Source of the DNA: a virus
Reading direction: 5' to 3' (one strand)
DNA: 64,000 nt
IMG/VR virus record: IMGVR_UViG_3300035158_000183
Location: 64,001 to 128,000 of that record
This document shows positions 33,106 to 43,734 of the stretch, piece after piece. How positions within the stretch are numbered: the stretch's first letter is position 1; each line of letters starts with the position of its first letter. Under the pieces are notes generated by a model, which did no database searches, was not told the DNA's origin, and saw only the letters and a list, made by a program, of their open reading frames with translations. The position numbers and the translations under genes were made by a program.

Positions 33106-34749
33106 TTATGGTACCACCCTAACAGAAGAATAGTTCTCCCGCAACCATACCGCCTTACGCTCGTAATCGGCGATAAAGTAATCATAATAGATATTTGCTA
33201 GTATCAGGTCGTCATTCACCAGCAACCACAGCTGTCCGTCCGAATCCATCATCATACCATCAGCATTCTGCAGCGCAGCTGGCAATGATATAGCTGTCTC
33301 AGCCTGTATGGCTGGTACGTATAATACGTATCTTGTGGTTAACGTGAAGGACTCGGATGACTTTTCCGGGTCTGTGTAGAGACATTCCAGTGTGAGGATA
33401 TACACCCCAACTTTGTCTAGCAGTATATCAATCCGCTGTTCCCGCCAGCTGTTACCTTCCCATAGGTCATTTTCTATCCATGCGTCAGTAGTAGTCGGCC
33501 ATTTCGAGCCATCCAGGCCCAGGTAGTATTCTTGACCATCAGGCTCCAGCAATGTCCAGCGTACCTTCCAAGGCGTCACAGATATATCTAGGATATCCGT
33601 CTTGACAGTAGCTGTGGCATCGCGCGGATATACCCACCTATCTGAGTAGATATCCATCTTGGTATCCGGGCTCTCTGCCTGTAGGGTAGTCAGATCAGGA
33701 TAAGGCAGTCTGGTGTTGTAAACATAGAATGTATCGGCGTCCACCGCAAACATATAGTCTGTGTGAGGCTTGAGCACAGCAGCACGCAGATCTACATTAT
33801 TACCCGAAGTGTCCAGTAACTCAACCTCGTGCTCTATGTCCTTGGTATCAAAGCCCAGCTGCACAACACCTATCTCGCTGACAGTGAAGCTCTTAGAGAC
33901 CATTGAGGAGCCCCAGGTCTGAGTGCCCAGGGTGACAAAACGCCATGCTTCTGTGCCGCTTGGCGGCACTACCAGGTTTCTGGTATCCAGCATGTCATCA
34001 CGGTCGAACGGCAAGACCTCTAGAGTAATCTCAGCGTCATCATCCATATAGCTGATGTACACCGACTCCACGGACTTCCACTGGTTGACGGTTCTGAATG
34101 TGCCGTTATATCTAATTGGCACTGCTTCTCTTACTAGTGTTCCCTTGCGTGTGATACCGTTAATAAATACCTTGGTATAATAGATTCTATTCCGGGCCCG
34201 CTGTTCCCAGGTTGTGTTCCCCCTCACAGTCACATAGAGGTGGCCCTCGATAACCATATCTTCCGGCGTAGCGCTACTGATATCTGCTGCAGCTGTCCTG
34301 GGAATTACTTCTTGATACTGATAGCTTGTCTCTCCATCTTCTATTCGAGATGGCACAGCCTGATACCATAAGAATTCCAGACTGTTATGCGGCGCCATGG
34401 TAATCTCGTACTCGACCTCGCTGATAGTTCCATAAACTGTTGGTGGGGTGTATACAGGAATCCCATCTTGTTGCTCCGTATTGGTAAATTCCATCCCCGT
34501 GCCTAGCTCTATCCTATATAGCTGGCTCATCAGGTCTATATTAGCAGCGCTCATATAGATATTATCTCGCTCTTCCACCAGCTGCTGGTTGACCCTCTCC
34601 ATGTCAATGGCTATCGGGTTGATCACCTGCTGCATTACTGAGAATGGACACTTACGCGCATGGGTGTACTCCGGAGCCCTATTCGCTAGCCTCTGAGTCA
34701 TCCATGAAAGATGGTGTCTGTCCTGTGGCCACACTCCAAGTTTTGTCAT
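33106..34749 (-). CDS. Baseplate structural protein
   Basis: 547 aa directly after the J-like gene. Assignment is by position only. Confidence 0.5.
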   Translation of the reverse strand: MTKLGVWPQDRHHLSWMTQRLANRAPEYTHARKCPFSVMQQVINPIAIDMERVNQQLVEERDNIYMSAANIDLMSQLYRIELGTGMEFTNTEQQDGIPVYTPPTVYGTISEVEYEITMAPHNSLEFLWYQAVPSRIEDGETSYQYQEVIPRTAAADISSATPEDMVIEGHLYVTVRGNTTWEQRARNRIYYTKVFINGITRKGTLVREAVPIRYNGTFRTVNQWKSVESVYISYMDDDAEITLEVLPFDRDDMLDTRNLVVPPSGTEAWRFVTLGTQTWGSSMVSKSFTVSEIGVVQLGFDTKDIEHEVELLDTSGNNVDLRAAVLKPHTDYMFAVDADTFYVYNTRLPYPDLTTLQAESPDTKMDIYSDRWVYPRDATATVKTDILDISVTPWKVRWTLLEPDGQEYYLGLDGSKWPTTTDAWIENDLWEGNSWREQRIDILLDKVGVYILTLECLYTDPEKSSESFTLTTRYVLYVPAIQAETAISLPAALQNADGMMMDSDGQLWLLVNDDLILANIYYDYFIADYERKAVWLRENYSSVRVVP

Positions 34750-34758
34750 AACTTATCC

Positions 34759-36009
34759 CTAAAAAGTAATGAACTGTATTCCGCGATACCGCCCTGAGGT
34801 TTCGAGGATTATCCTCTCGTTGTAAAGCGGCGAAAGCCATTCCCCAAATGTCAGTGTACGCACGCTGCCCTCACCGGTAGGAGAGGCCTTGTGCAGATAA
34901 ATCTCCTCGAACTTGTTGGGCCTATTGCGCCCAATCCTATATGCCAGAGGAGCTGCCTCCAGCATAGAATCTATTATGTTAACCATCTCGATATCTTCAC
35001 CGATGTCCAGGGCATTAATGACTTCTTCTACTGCCTCCCGCATCGCAACATAACCGAAGGCAATCTCCTCAGCCTTAGCACGAGGTGACCAGTTTACGGC
35101 TGCCACTAGCTCTAACCCTAGAGGTCTGGGAGCAGATATGAATGGCCGTATGCCATAGCCTGTTACTAGATTGACAGATTGTGTGACTTCACGTATCAGG
35201 TCAGGACTTACTGTCGGCGTGATACCCTTGATATATAACGCGAATGTACCTGGCCCTTGCTCGGCGTTTACCAGATAGACATCAGCCACACCTGGTATGG
35301 CTAGTGCTGCGAGCCTAATCGAAGCCATAACTGCCATTGTCCGAGAGCGGAACACATTAGATAGGCGGTATCGATATGATTCATCCTCTTCACGATCTAC
35401 ACCATTATCAATTGCGTATCTGTTTGTACACTTCAGCCGCTGAGTGTCCGAGAGCGTATAGGAATTAAAGCCATGTACATTCAATACGTTACGAGGCACA
35501 GAAGAATCTATACCCTCAAGGGCGGACCTGACAGGTGCATAAACAAAGCTGGTGTCGGCTTCGCCTGTAACCGGCACGAGGGTCGAATAGCTGACAACAG
35601 GCTGCTCGGCAATTCCTGGAGTAACAATCTCGCCAGAAAATGATTCCGTGGAGACGCTTGTGCCAGCTGGTATAGAGATGGCTGCGCCATTATTGATATC
35701 GCCAAATGTTCCCGAATCTACGTAGAACATCAAGTTGTCATCTTCAGCTATGGCGTGGGCAGCTTCCAGCCTAGGGACGTTCAACATATCGCCAAAGAAG
35801 TCTAGGAAGCGTCCCTCTGCGTAGTGGATGTAGGGCTGTAGTAGATTCTCGTCAAACAGTCTCTGCTGTTTCGCCTGCTCCCGAGCTGTGGTAGACAAGA
35901 AGAAGCGTGCCTTGCCGCCAGGTGCCATTTGATTAATGTTGGTGTCGCGGTCTAGGCGTTCCAGCGATTCGTTGATAATTTCTCTCTCTTCTCTAGGGAA
36001 AAATGGCAT
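34759..36009 (-). CDS. Baseplate J-like wedge protein
   Basis: AEGRFLDFFGDMLNVPRLEA, IPAGTSV, TNRYAIDNGVDREEDESYRYRL and ALAIPGVADV are classic baseplate-J motifs. Confidence 0.9.
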   Translation of the reverse strand: MPFFPREEREIINESLERLDRDTNINQMAPGGKARFFLSTTAREQAKQQRLFDENLLQPYIHYAEGRFLDFFGDMLNVPRLEAAHAIAEDDNLMFYVDSGTFGDINNGAAISIPAGTSVSTESFSGEIVTPGIAEQPVVSYSTLVPVTGEADTSFVYAPVRSALEGIDSSVPRNVLNVHGFNSYTLSDTQRLKCTNRYAIDNGVDREEDESYRYRLSNVFRSRTMAVMASIRLAALAIPGVADVYLVNAEQGPGTFALYIKGITPTVSPDLIREVTQSVNLVTGYGIRPFISAPRPLGLELVAAVNWSPRAKAEEIAFGYVAMREAVEEVINALDIGEDIEMVNIIDSMLEAAPLAYRIGRNRPNKFEEIYLHKASPTGEGSVRTLTFGEWLSPLYNERIILETSGRYRGIQFITF

Positions 36010-36013
36010 TATC

Positions 36014-36454
36014 CTACGCTCCTATGAAATATACGTTATTGTCCGAATAGTTATACAGGAAATGTCTAATAAGTACTTCGGAACTAGCATTTCTGGCTGT
36101 TGGGGCAACGCTTATTGAGGCCCGTACTAGTAATTTATCACGAGCCACAGGCATATACTGTAACTTTATGTCCTGTGTATGCACAAAGCCGTTCCGAGCA
36201 AAAGCAGCCGTAATACGAGTCTTGATTAGCTCTGCTGTCTGTTCATCATTAGGTTCTCCCACAAAATCTCTGAGATTGGCTCCGACATCCTCAAACACCC
36301 TCCAGTCACCCTGGTCGGCCTCTACCCGAGTCTTCATCTCCTGTAACAATGACCTGAGAGGATCGTGCTGGGTGTCCATGAGATCACCCTCGCTGATAAA
36401 ATAGTCTCCCCGGGATGTCCAGAGCATGTCTATCTTATCGTATATACGAGGCAT
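36014..36454 (-). CDS. gp25-like baseplate wedge / sheath initiator
   Basis: GDLMDT...LLQEMKTRVEADQGDWRVFEDVGANLRDFVGEPN matches the gp25/GPW family pattern. Confidence 0.8.
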   Translation of the reverse strand: MPRIYDKIDMLWTSRGDYFISEGDLMDTQHDPLRSLLQEMKTRVEADQGDWRVFEDVGANLRDFVGEPNDEQTAELIKTRITAAFARNGFVHTQDIKLQYMPVARDKLLVRASISVAPTARNASSEVLIRHFLYNYSDNNVYFIGA

Positions 36455-36462
36455 CTAATCAC

Positions 36463-36798
36463 CTAGCCTAAGGCTTGAAAGCTTGTGAGGAGACCTATGA
36501 AGACAGCCGCATCCTTCATGAGACTGGCGAACTGTCTCACAGGCGGGTTGATCATCATGACTGGAGTTGGCGTAGCCATAGTAGACGGTAATGACAGCAT
36601 AATCTCATTATTCATGGTCCACAGGCTGCTGAATCTCATCTGTCCCGAGCCTGCCACAAGGCTCATTGGGCCGCCTATCGTAGTGCCCTTGGTATCAGTC
36701 TGGACGTAATTCTCCTTATTGCCATGCATACGCACTGACCTAGAGTCAATCACCTGACCGGCTTCTGCTTCTGGCGAGGCTTTTATGTGTCTTGTCAT
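36463..36798 (-). CDS. Small baseplate protein (possible spike component)
   Basis: 111 aa between the hub-proximal gene and gp25. Short beta-strand repeats. Confidence 0.4.
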   Translation of the reverse strand: MTRHIKASPEAEAGQVIDSRSVRMHGNKENYVQTDTKGTTIGGPMSLVAGSGQMRFSSLWTMNNEIMLSLPSTMATPTPVMMINPPVRQFASLMKDAAVFIGLLTSFQALG

Positions 36799-36815
36799 GG
36801 ACTTCTCCTACGTAA

Positions 36816-37247
36816 TTATACTATACCACTACCTGGAGGGGCGAATGCTGCCCCCTGGATGGCCACTTGATTAGTCTGTTCAGTGATTTCTTTATCATCC
36901 GTCAGCGGTCTAACTATTGAAGCGGTGCCACGATTGACCGAGTCACCCTTATAATCTATCCGACAAACGAATTTGCCCACCAGCTCATCCGGAGGGCCAT
37001 AGTTGGCTGCCAAGAACATAGGATGCTCCTTGAGCGGGATCGGTTTGGTAGTCAGCTGGGGCTTGCCGTCTGAGCCAATAATTTCCAGTATTACTGTATA
37101 AACCCCTTGGCCCTTCTTGCGGCCCACAACTTCCTTGATAATACCATACTTTATACGAGACTTGGATATTCGTGTCTCGTCCTGCTTGTTGCCAATCTTG
37201 TTAAGGATGGCCCCCATCGGGGTATTCCCGCCAACTTCTCTAGGCAT
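36816..37247 (-). CDS. Baseplate protein (possible spike OB-fold)
   Basis: 143 aa directly after the hub. YGIIKEV...YTVILEI resembles the start of a spike OB-fold. Confidence 0.4.
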   Translation of the reverse strand: MPREVGGNTPMGAILNKIGNKQDETRISKSRIKYGIIKEVVGRKKGQGVYTVILEIIGSDGKPQLTTKPIPLKEHPMFLAANYGPPDELVGKFVCRIDYKGDSVNRGTASIVRPLTDDKEITEQTNQVAIQGAAFAPPGSGIV

Positions 37248-37257
37248 AACCTACTCC

Positions 37258-40200
37258 TTATAATTCGGCCTCTTCGAGCCCTCCTGTATCTCCCAAGAAG
37301 CCCCAGAAACTCTCTGATATATCCAGAGCAGCACCGAATAGCTCCTCGCCAATATCCAACTTATCCCAAGCTGTCTCGAGATCATCCCAGTACTGGTACC
37401 ACCTACCGTGTAGGCCCACAAATAATGAGGACCTGCCTGCTCCACAGGCCACACTAACAAATGGCTTACCACCAAGGGTCAGTGGGTTGGTTATTACCGG
37501 CACGGCGTCCTGAGTCCAGTTAATGATCTTCACTGCTGCAGTCATAGCCATAAGTGGCAGGGGGCTTGTGAGTGCTGTAAGGCTAACACCTGACTGTGGC
37601 TGGTCGAATCCGTAAGCATATGATAGTGCCTCGCAAGCTGTATCTATGGCCGCCTGGGCATAGAAGTCATTCACCACCACACACATGTCCGGTGTGATAA
37701 TGGATATAAAACCAAAGTCTCGGTTAAAAACTTGCTCTACGGCTTCCACCTCTATAGGGCCAATCATGTTAATGCTAGAATCATTAATGAGACATACATC
37801 ATATGGCTTAAGCTTCTCGTTGCCTGTTACAATCAACTCGCCCTGATATGCATCACGCAGATGACGCGCGAACAGGCCTTGTACATATCTCTTGGCCATG
37901 TCTACTGTTATACAGCTTGGGAACTCTTCCCTATACGACCGCAAATACTCGTCTGGAATATTCTCGTCCAGTTTGCAAGCAAGCACTCCGCTATCACTTC
38001 TCTGCAGTGCCTGCAGATTGTCAACGAGATCCTCAGCATCCTCTTCTTCCAGAAGATTATCATTGTCGAAATACAGAACCTCTACTTCATTCGGTACCCC
38101 ATTCCGGTTAGTGCGGATAGTGTTCTTCAGAATATGGTGAACCGAGTCAAAGTAATGGTAATTACGGAATGGCTTATATCGGCCGAACAGAGCACTGACT
38201 TGGGTTTCAACACTGTGTGCCGGTGCTGAGCTGGTAAGGGCGATGGCTATTGCATTAGCCATCTTAGGATTGGCGGCTGCTAGCTTACGCATACTGCTGC
38301 GAAACTCTTCATTTGGTATCAGCTTGGAGACCTCCAATCCTTTGAGGTGTCGTATGCCCCTAGTGGCGCTATCTGCCAAAAGCATTTCCATATCACTTGG
38401 CGGTCTTGACCAGTAGTGCTGGCCCTTGGCTCCGAAGAACATGGTCATACGCGGAGAGTGGCCATATGGTATAGCCAGCGCTGCATATCCAGGATGTCGC
38501 AGCTCATGCTCGCGGAATATTTCCCATGGTGTTTGCTTGATGGGCCTATATGCGCAAGCATTATCCCAATATTTCATCCAAGTAGTGGCATACACCTTAG
38601 GAGGGGGCGCGAAGATGTTATCATCCTGGGGCTCATTACGATGTGGATTCTTAAATAACTGGGATAGCGTTTCTCTGCGTCCCCATTCAGTGATAAGGCT
38701 TGCGGGGTTAAGTTGATATAGTATACTCTGGCCATGGCCACCCCTAAGCTTGTGGCGTATCTCGCTTGTTAGGAATCGGTTATAGTCGCTGCGGCGCCCA
38801 AAGTGTACGATACTGGGATGTAGAATAGCTCCCGACAACACTTCCTGAGACGAGTAAAACACTTTGCCATCGCTCAGTGGGCCCAGCTCCACACCCTCAA
38901 GCTCGGCACCATATCCCTGACACACGATCTCCAGGATCTTTCCATCTTCCGACGGAGCTATTTCTACAATACTACCCAAGAACACTGACTCTAGCAGATC
39001 TGGATTGGCTGCATATCCCAACCGAATCTGCACTTTAACTCCATCCTGAAGAATCATATTTTCAAATGGATTCTCCAGTTCAGTATCGGCGAATATTCCA
39101 GTGGCTCTTTCAGCATTAATACCATACTTCGCCTCGTGATCCTTGATGTATTGTGCCTTCTCACCCCAGCGTCGCCTCAGCAAAGTGTCCCCGATATTAG
39201 TGATGCGAATGATGGCAAGATCAGCCGCCACCTTACGAGAACGTATTATACGTATCTCCTGTACACAGGAGTATGAATAGAAGTCATCGAAGGCCCGAAC
39301 GACTCGACCGTTAACCTTAATATCCTCGTCAGCATCATCTTCGATGAAGTATATCTTGAAGGTAGGGAAAGCCCGCCTCATACTGAGATCATTCTTCTTA
39401 TTGCCTAGAGCTATACTAGTACCCAGTGCTGCTGTATTCTTAACCTTGCTGCCTTCACCGAACTTGCCCTTGGCCACATCATGGTCCAGCCCCTTCAGGA
39501 TTTCAGTTATGCCTCCAGCTCGTATCAGGTTAGCACGATTCTCCGCCTTCTGGTCAACTAATTTCTGTACGTCACCGATAGCTTCTACCGCCATTGCCAG
39601 TGGATTGATCCCTAGTTTACCAGCAAGACGTGTAACCCCACCAAGAAGTGCGAAATATTGGTCTTTCACCACACCCCAGGCACTTGGCTGTGCATCTGCA
39701 GCAGCCTGTACCTCTTCTTTATTGTTCCCAACAGTGTACGACCCATCAGATAATCGGGTAGCTCTAGGGCCCAGGTCTCCCCACTCCACGAAACCACCAG
39801 CCCTCTTAATCTCTTCCTTAGACTTCTGGGTCTGTTGACTATCTGGTGTACCTGACAACTTCTTGTCAGCTGTCTTATAATCTGGATTTGGCCCAAAGGA
39901 CAGAGCCCTCCAGTTCACGTCGTACATAGCCTCAATTAATTTCTCAGGCTCTGGCATTACGTCACTACTGTGCCATTCAAGTGGGCGGCCTGACTGAACA
40001 TATTCACTCATATGTGTCAGATTTTGCATAAAGTTGAACTGCGCTGTGGTGTAGTCAGTAGCTTTAAGCCCCGTACTGACAGTTTTGAACCATGCTGCAG
40101 GCCCTTTGGCCTGGTAGTCCGGGTCATCTGGACGGTAATATACGGGCTCCCATGCATTAGTACCTTCCTGCATCATCTGTTCGTAGTCTAAAAAGGTTAT

Positions 40201-43200
40201 CTCACCGGCTGCACGATCTACTCCAGCAAATTTCTCCAGATATATCTTCCTGCTCTCGAGTATGCGAGGTAAGTTGTATGACAGATACGAGCCACCCAGC
40301 ATGGTGTCATGAAGATATCGCTGGATAGATGCAACCTCATTGCGGACGTGACGGCGTAAGAAGGTTTCCATGTTATTCACATCGGTTAGAGCGGATACCA
40401 CTGAATCTTCTTTGGAGTCATCATATATATAGAACTCAGGCGGAAGCGGTATGGCAGGCAAGCGTTGCTGTGAGTCTGTGCCTTCAGAAACAAGGGGCAC
40501 CTCCGGCAGGTTCATATCTGCGTAACATTCACCCACCGCTAACGCTGTGGCTTCTAGCCTCTGCTGTCTGATACCTGGAAAGTAATTATCGAACCTCTCA
40601 TCTAAAACATGTGACTGTACCTGTCTGATTACGCGCTCCATACTGTTCAGCCACTTGTTAAACACTCTTGCATGCTCACGGTTGGTGGCCCAGGCACCAT
40701 TGGTACTAAACTTCCCATTATACATATCGTTCCATGTACCTACACGGTCATGTTTGACCCTAGTATAGTGAGAGCGTGGTGAGTCTAGTTCAGCCATCAT
40801 TTCCGCTTGAGCAGCAGGGCCCTTCTTGACTATTGCAGTACTAGGCTTGTCCTCATTAGGAATATTCTTAACTTGTCCAAATAATACCCCTTCTGCTCCC
40901 CAGGTGCGATATGCTGTCTCCCAAGTCTCGTTGCTATCAGGAGCAGTTTTCCAGACAACTGGCGGCATCTCATTCTGTGTTTTCTGACATATATCTGCGG
41001 CCTGAATCACTGCTTCTGCCAGCCAACCAGGGAAATATGGATCCTTTACTTTCCATGGCCTGCCATGACCTGCCACCCAGTACCCTTGTTCCTGCTTGAC
41101 CTGATTCTCATGCGCTACCTCGTAGAGCCGTGGCTCGATGATGCTAGGTTTAGGTATTATATTGCGGCGATCATCATCCTGTGGATCGTTAGATAGCTTC
41201 TTGGGCTTCTCAGACTTCAAGAACTTCATAATGCCAGAAACAATTTGTCGCTTAGCACTTATATCTGTAGGTATGTATCTATCAAGACGTTCTTCAGCGA
41301 AATCCTGGGTGATGAAGCTAACATTCATTTGGTGTTGGTCCACCGAACCTTCCACGCTTGATTCCTGTACATCTGTGACAACGATATCTCGTATGCTCAG
41401 AAGGGCCAAAATATTATTGGTCTCATCTGTGACAGGATGGCTTGACTCTACTCGCATAGAGCCAGCGTAGGGTATCATAGCATTGAACCTGCGAGCATTT
41501 TCCCTCGCGCGAAATATCATCTTCTTAAGGGCGTCAGCTCCCTCCCTGCCTTCTACACCTGTAAATGTGAACGACAAAGTACCGGTCTTATTGCCGGCTC
41601 CCAGGAACTGCCAGGTATATGTATCCTGACTCAATAACTTTATCGGTACTATCCTATGACCGAAAGTCACGGAGAGTCCGGAGAGTACCATGTTCTTGGC
41701 AAACACAGAATCTCGGTAATCATCTGGATTGCTAGATACGTATAGCTGTACATCCTTGGCAAATATATTCCGTAACTTAGGATCCTCGGAATAGTAATAC
41801 CAACCCTTGGCATTATAAGAAGCAATCCATTTGTTTCGTGCCTGCTGACTGCGCACATCCTTAGGTAATTCAGTGGGCTTGCCCGGGATAGCCTCAGACT
41901 TGGCCGCAGTACCCTCAGTGGGTTGGGGCCTAGGCTTCTTCTGCTCTTGTTGCTTGGTCTGCTCGGGCTTCTTCTCATTAGGGCCCTTGGAGACATCCAT
42001 ATGCTGTGTACGCTTGGCAAGCTTAGGTCTCACACCTATAGGCAGAGCCTGGAATATTTCGATTCCACTTTTCGTATTAGATGCTAAACGTGTTTTAGGC
42101 GGTCCGGCACGTTTGGACTTCTGGTCAACTGCCTGACAGTATATGGATATAATAGTCTTGTCAGCAGCATAGCCTATATGATGTACTCTAGTCAGCAACA
42201 TAACGTGCTTAGACCACACAATGCCAACAGGAATTCCGGCATCAATTACTTTCTGTATATTCTTAGCTGACTGGCCTGTCAGACGCAGCAGCCACCTCGC
42301 ATTATGCTGTGCAGCTCTAACAGTCTGCCTGCACCCGAAGTAGCCGAAACCCTTACCCTTCGCTCGTGCCTGAATTGGAACCTGATACCCAGCACGATGC
42401 AGGGTCTCGTAGAACATGATATTGCATTTCTCTTTATGCTCATAATGAACGGTCTCGCCAGTCTCTTTATCTGCCAAGTGTGGGCTTAGCTGTTTCCCTA
42501 ACTCAAGCTTACCTCTCTTCCTCCAGGGTTCCCTGTCCCACTTCCATAGTTCTTCTCTGGCCGATTGCCACGAGCGCTTACTGCGCTTTAAGAATACTGG
42601 CACCTCTTGTCCTGGTACAGATGCCTGCTTGGCAGCCTGCTGGGTGGCAGTCGTTATTTGCCCCTGGGAGTCAGTCTCGACCAATGGTGCATTGGTGGCG
42701 TTGTATATTGCTGCCGCTGAAGGGAATCCGTCCTGTTCCTTCAACACATCGGCTACCACACCTCGGCCAAGTTTTTGGGTCTTGTCTGGAGGATTGTGAT
42801 GCTCCAGCATCTGTAGAGTGAAACCTACAATATCGCTATTAGTTGTACCGACACCTGGAGTATTCTTCTGCATATGGTCTGCATAATACATCCATGCATC
42901 AGAAGCTCCAGGGAAATTTACTGGTACATTAGGTTCCTCGCCACGTAATGGCAGAAGACCTTCGCGAATATCATTGACCATCTTCTCAGCTTCATAATCC
43001 AAAGAGTGGGCCGATGCTTCATAGGAGGTCAGGTCCCCCAGTAGCAACTCACGTTCTGGAGTAGGTCGGCGTTTCGAGACATTTGGAAACGTAGTATTGT
43101 ACCAGAAATGATTACTAAATGGTTTGAAGTTAAAGTGATGTAGTGTCAGCGTCAGTATCAGCTGGCCAGGAGTAGCTGAATTAGATAAGGTGCCGGTCTC

Positions 43201-43728
43201 AAGAACAAATATCGTATTTATAGCTGGGCTAGAAACACCAAGTGATTTACGCACCTTACCGTTAAACACATATACTAGTGGATTGTGAGTAAGCTCAGCT
43301 ATCAAACGATGAAGCTTTACTGATTGCGCAGGACCCTCTGGGAAAACTAGTGTTATAGTAAGCACCATGTCTTGTAGGCCTTTGGTGGCCACTACCGGGG
43401 ACTCTGATCTAAGCGTTTCGGCTACGAATACATCATTGTGGGACTCGATCTGGATGGCATTCATTGGCACATCAGACAGCGTGATATCATTGAGCATCAG
43501 GAAGTCGTCAGCAAATTCACGGTATCCTAGCTCGGAGAGAAACTCCTGTTCCTGGAGAGCAGCCGTAGGTCTGATAGTCCTTGCCCGTGCTTCCTGGAAC
43601 TCTAACTCCAGCAGCTCTTTAGGCACAGGGATTGACTGACCTAGAGGGTCCGGTAGCTCCATCTCATCAGAGATTGGGTCTCCATGTTCATCTAGTACAG
43701 GTAACTCATCTGAGGTTTTTCTAGGCAT
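37258..43728 (-). CDS. Giant baseplate hub (gp27-like) protein with an internal papain-like cell-wall hydrolase domain
   Basis: 2156 aa. C-terminal GVKVQIRLGY...VFLGSIVEI...IVCQGYGAEL and YQGELIVTGNEKLKPYD...IEVEAVEQVF are hub motifs. Internal KCNIMFYETLHRAGYQVP (Cys435) and WSKHVMLL (His508). Confidence 0.75.
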   Translation of the reverse strand: MPRKTSDELPVLDEHGDPISDEMELPDPLGQSIPVPKELLELEFQEARARTIRPTAALQEQEFLSELGYREFADDFLMLNDITLSDVPMNAIQIESHNDVFVAETLRSESPVVATKGLQDMVLTITLVFPEGPAQSVKLHRLIAELTHNPLVYVFNGKVRKSLGVSSPAINTIFVLETGTLSNSATPGQLILTLTLHHFNFKPFSNHFWYNTTFPNVSKRRPTPERELLLGDLTSYEASAHSLDYEAEKMVNDIREGLLPLRGEEPNVPVNFPGASDAWMYYADHMQKNTPGVGTTNSDIVGFTLQMLEHHNPPDKTQKLGRGVVADVLKEQDGFPSAAAIYNATNAPLVETDSQGQITTATQQAAKQASVPGQEVPVFLKRSKRSWQSAREELWKWDREPWRKRGKLELGKQLSPHLADKETGETVHYEHKEKCNIMFYETLHRAGYQVPIQARAKGKGFGYFGCRQTVRAAQHNARWLLRLTGQSAKNIQKVIDAGIPVGIVWSKHVMLLTRVHHIGYAADKTIISIYCQAVDQKSKRAGPPKTRLASNTKSGIEIFQALPIGVRPKLAKRTQHMDVSKGPNEKKPEQTKQQEQKKPRPQPTEGTAAKSEAIPGKPTELPKDVRSQQARNKWIASYNAKGWYYYSEDPKLRNIFAKDVQLYVSSNPDDYRDSVFAKNMVLSGLSVTFGHRIVPIKLLSQDTYTWQFLGAGNKTGTLSFTFTGVEGREGADALKKMIFRARENARRFNAMIPYAGSMRVESSHPVTDETNNILALLSIRDIVVTDVQESSVEGSVDQHQMNVSFITQDFAEERLDRYIPTDISAKRQIVSGIMKFLKSEKPKKLSNDPQDDDRRNIIPKPSIIEPRLYEVAHENQVKQEQGYWVAGHGRPWKVKDPYFPGWLAEAVIQAADICQKTQNEMPPVVWKTAPDSNETWETAYRTWGAEGVLFGQVKNIPNEDKPSTAIVKKGPAAQAEMMAELDSPRSHYTRVKHDRVGTWNDMYNGKFSTNGAWATNREHARVFNKWLNSMERVIRQVQSHVLDERFDNYFPGIRQQRLEATALAVGECYADMNLPEVPLVSEGTDSQQRLPAIPLPPEFYIYDDSKEDSVVSALTDVNNMETFLRRHVRNEVASIQRYLHDTMLGGSYLSYNLPRILESRKIYLEKFAGVDRAAGEITFLDYEQMMQEGTNAWEPVYYRPDDPDYQAKGPAAWFKTVSTGLKATDYTTAQFNFMQNLTHMSEYVQSGRPLEWHSSDVMPEPEKLIEAMYDVNWRALSFGPNPDYKTADKKLSGTPDSQQTQKSKEEIKRAGGFVEWGDLGPRATRLSDGSYTVGNNKEEVQAAADAQPSAWGVVKDQYFALLGGVTRLAGKLGINPLAMAVEAIGDVQKLVDQKAENRANLIRAGGITEILKGLDHDVAKGKFGEGSKVKNTAALGTSIALGNKKNDLSMRRAFPTFKIYFIEDDADEDIKVNGRVVRAFDDFYSYSCVQEIRIIRSRKVAADLAIIRITNIGDTLLRRRWGEKAQYIKDHEAKYGINAERATGIFADTELENPFENMILQDGVKVQIRLGYAANPDLLESVFLGSIVEIAPSEDGKILEIVCQGYGAELEGVELGPLSDGKVFYSSQEVLSGAILHPSIVHFGRRSDYNRFLTSEIRHKLRGGHGQSILYQLNPASLITEWGRRETLSQLFKNPHRNEPQDDNIFAPPPKVYATTWMKYWDNACAYRPIKQTPWEIFREHELRHPGYAALAIPYGHSPRMTMFFGAKGQHYWSRPPSDMEMLLADSATRGIRHLKGLEVSKLIPNEEFRSSMRKLAAANPKMANAIAIALTSSAPAHSVETQVSALFGRYKPFRNYHYFDSVHHILKNTIRTNRNGVPNEVEVLYFDNDNLLEEEDAEDLVDNLQALQRSDSGVLACKLDENIPDEYLRSYREEFPSCITVDMAKRYVQGLFARHLRDAYQGELIVTGNEKLKPYDVCLINDSSINMIGPIEVEAVEQVFNRDFGFISIITPDMCVVVNDFYAQAAIDTACEALSYAYGFDQPQSGVSLTALTSPLPLMAMTAAVKIINWTQDAVPVITNPLTLGGKPFVSVACGAGRSSLFVGLHGRWYQYWDDLETAWDKLDIGEELFGAALDISESFWGFLGDTGGLEEAEL

Positions 43729-43734
43729 TTCTTG

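Noticed and set aside
37251-37475. 74-aa alternative-frame minus-strand ORF overlapping the hub C-terminus
   Set aside because: It almost entirely overlaps the hub gene and has no RBS or motif.
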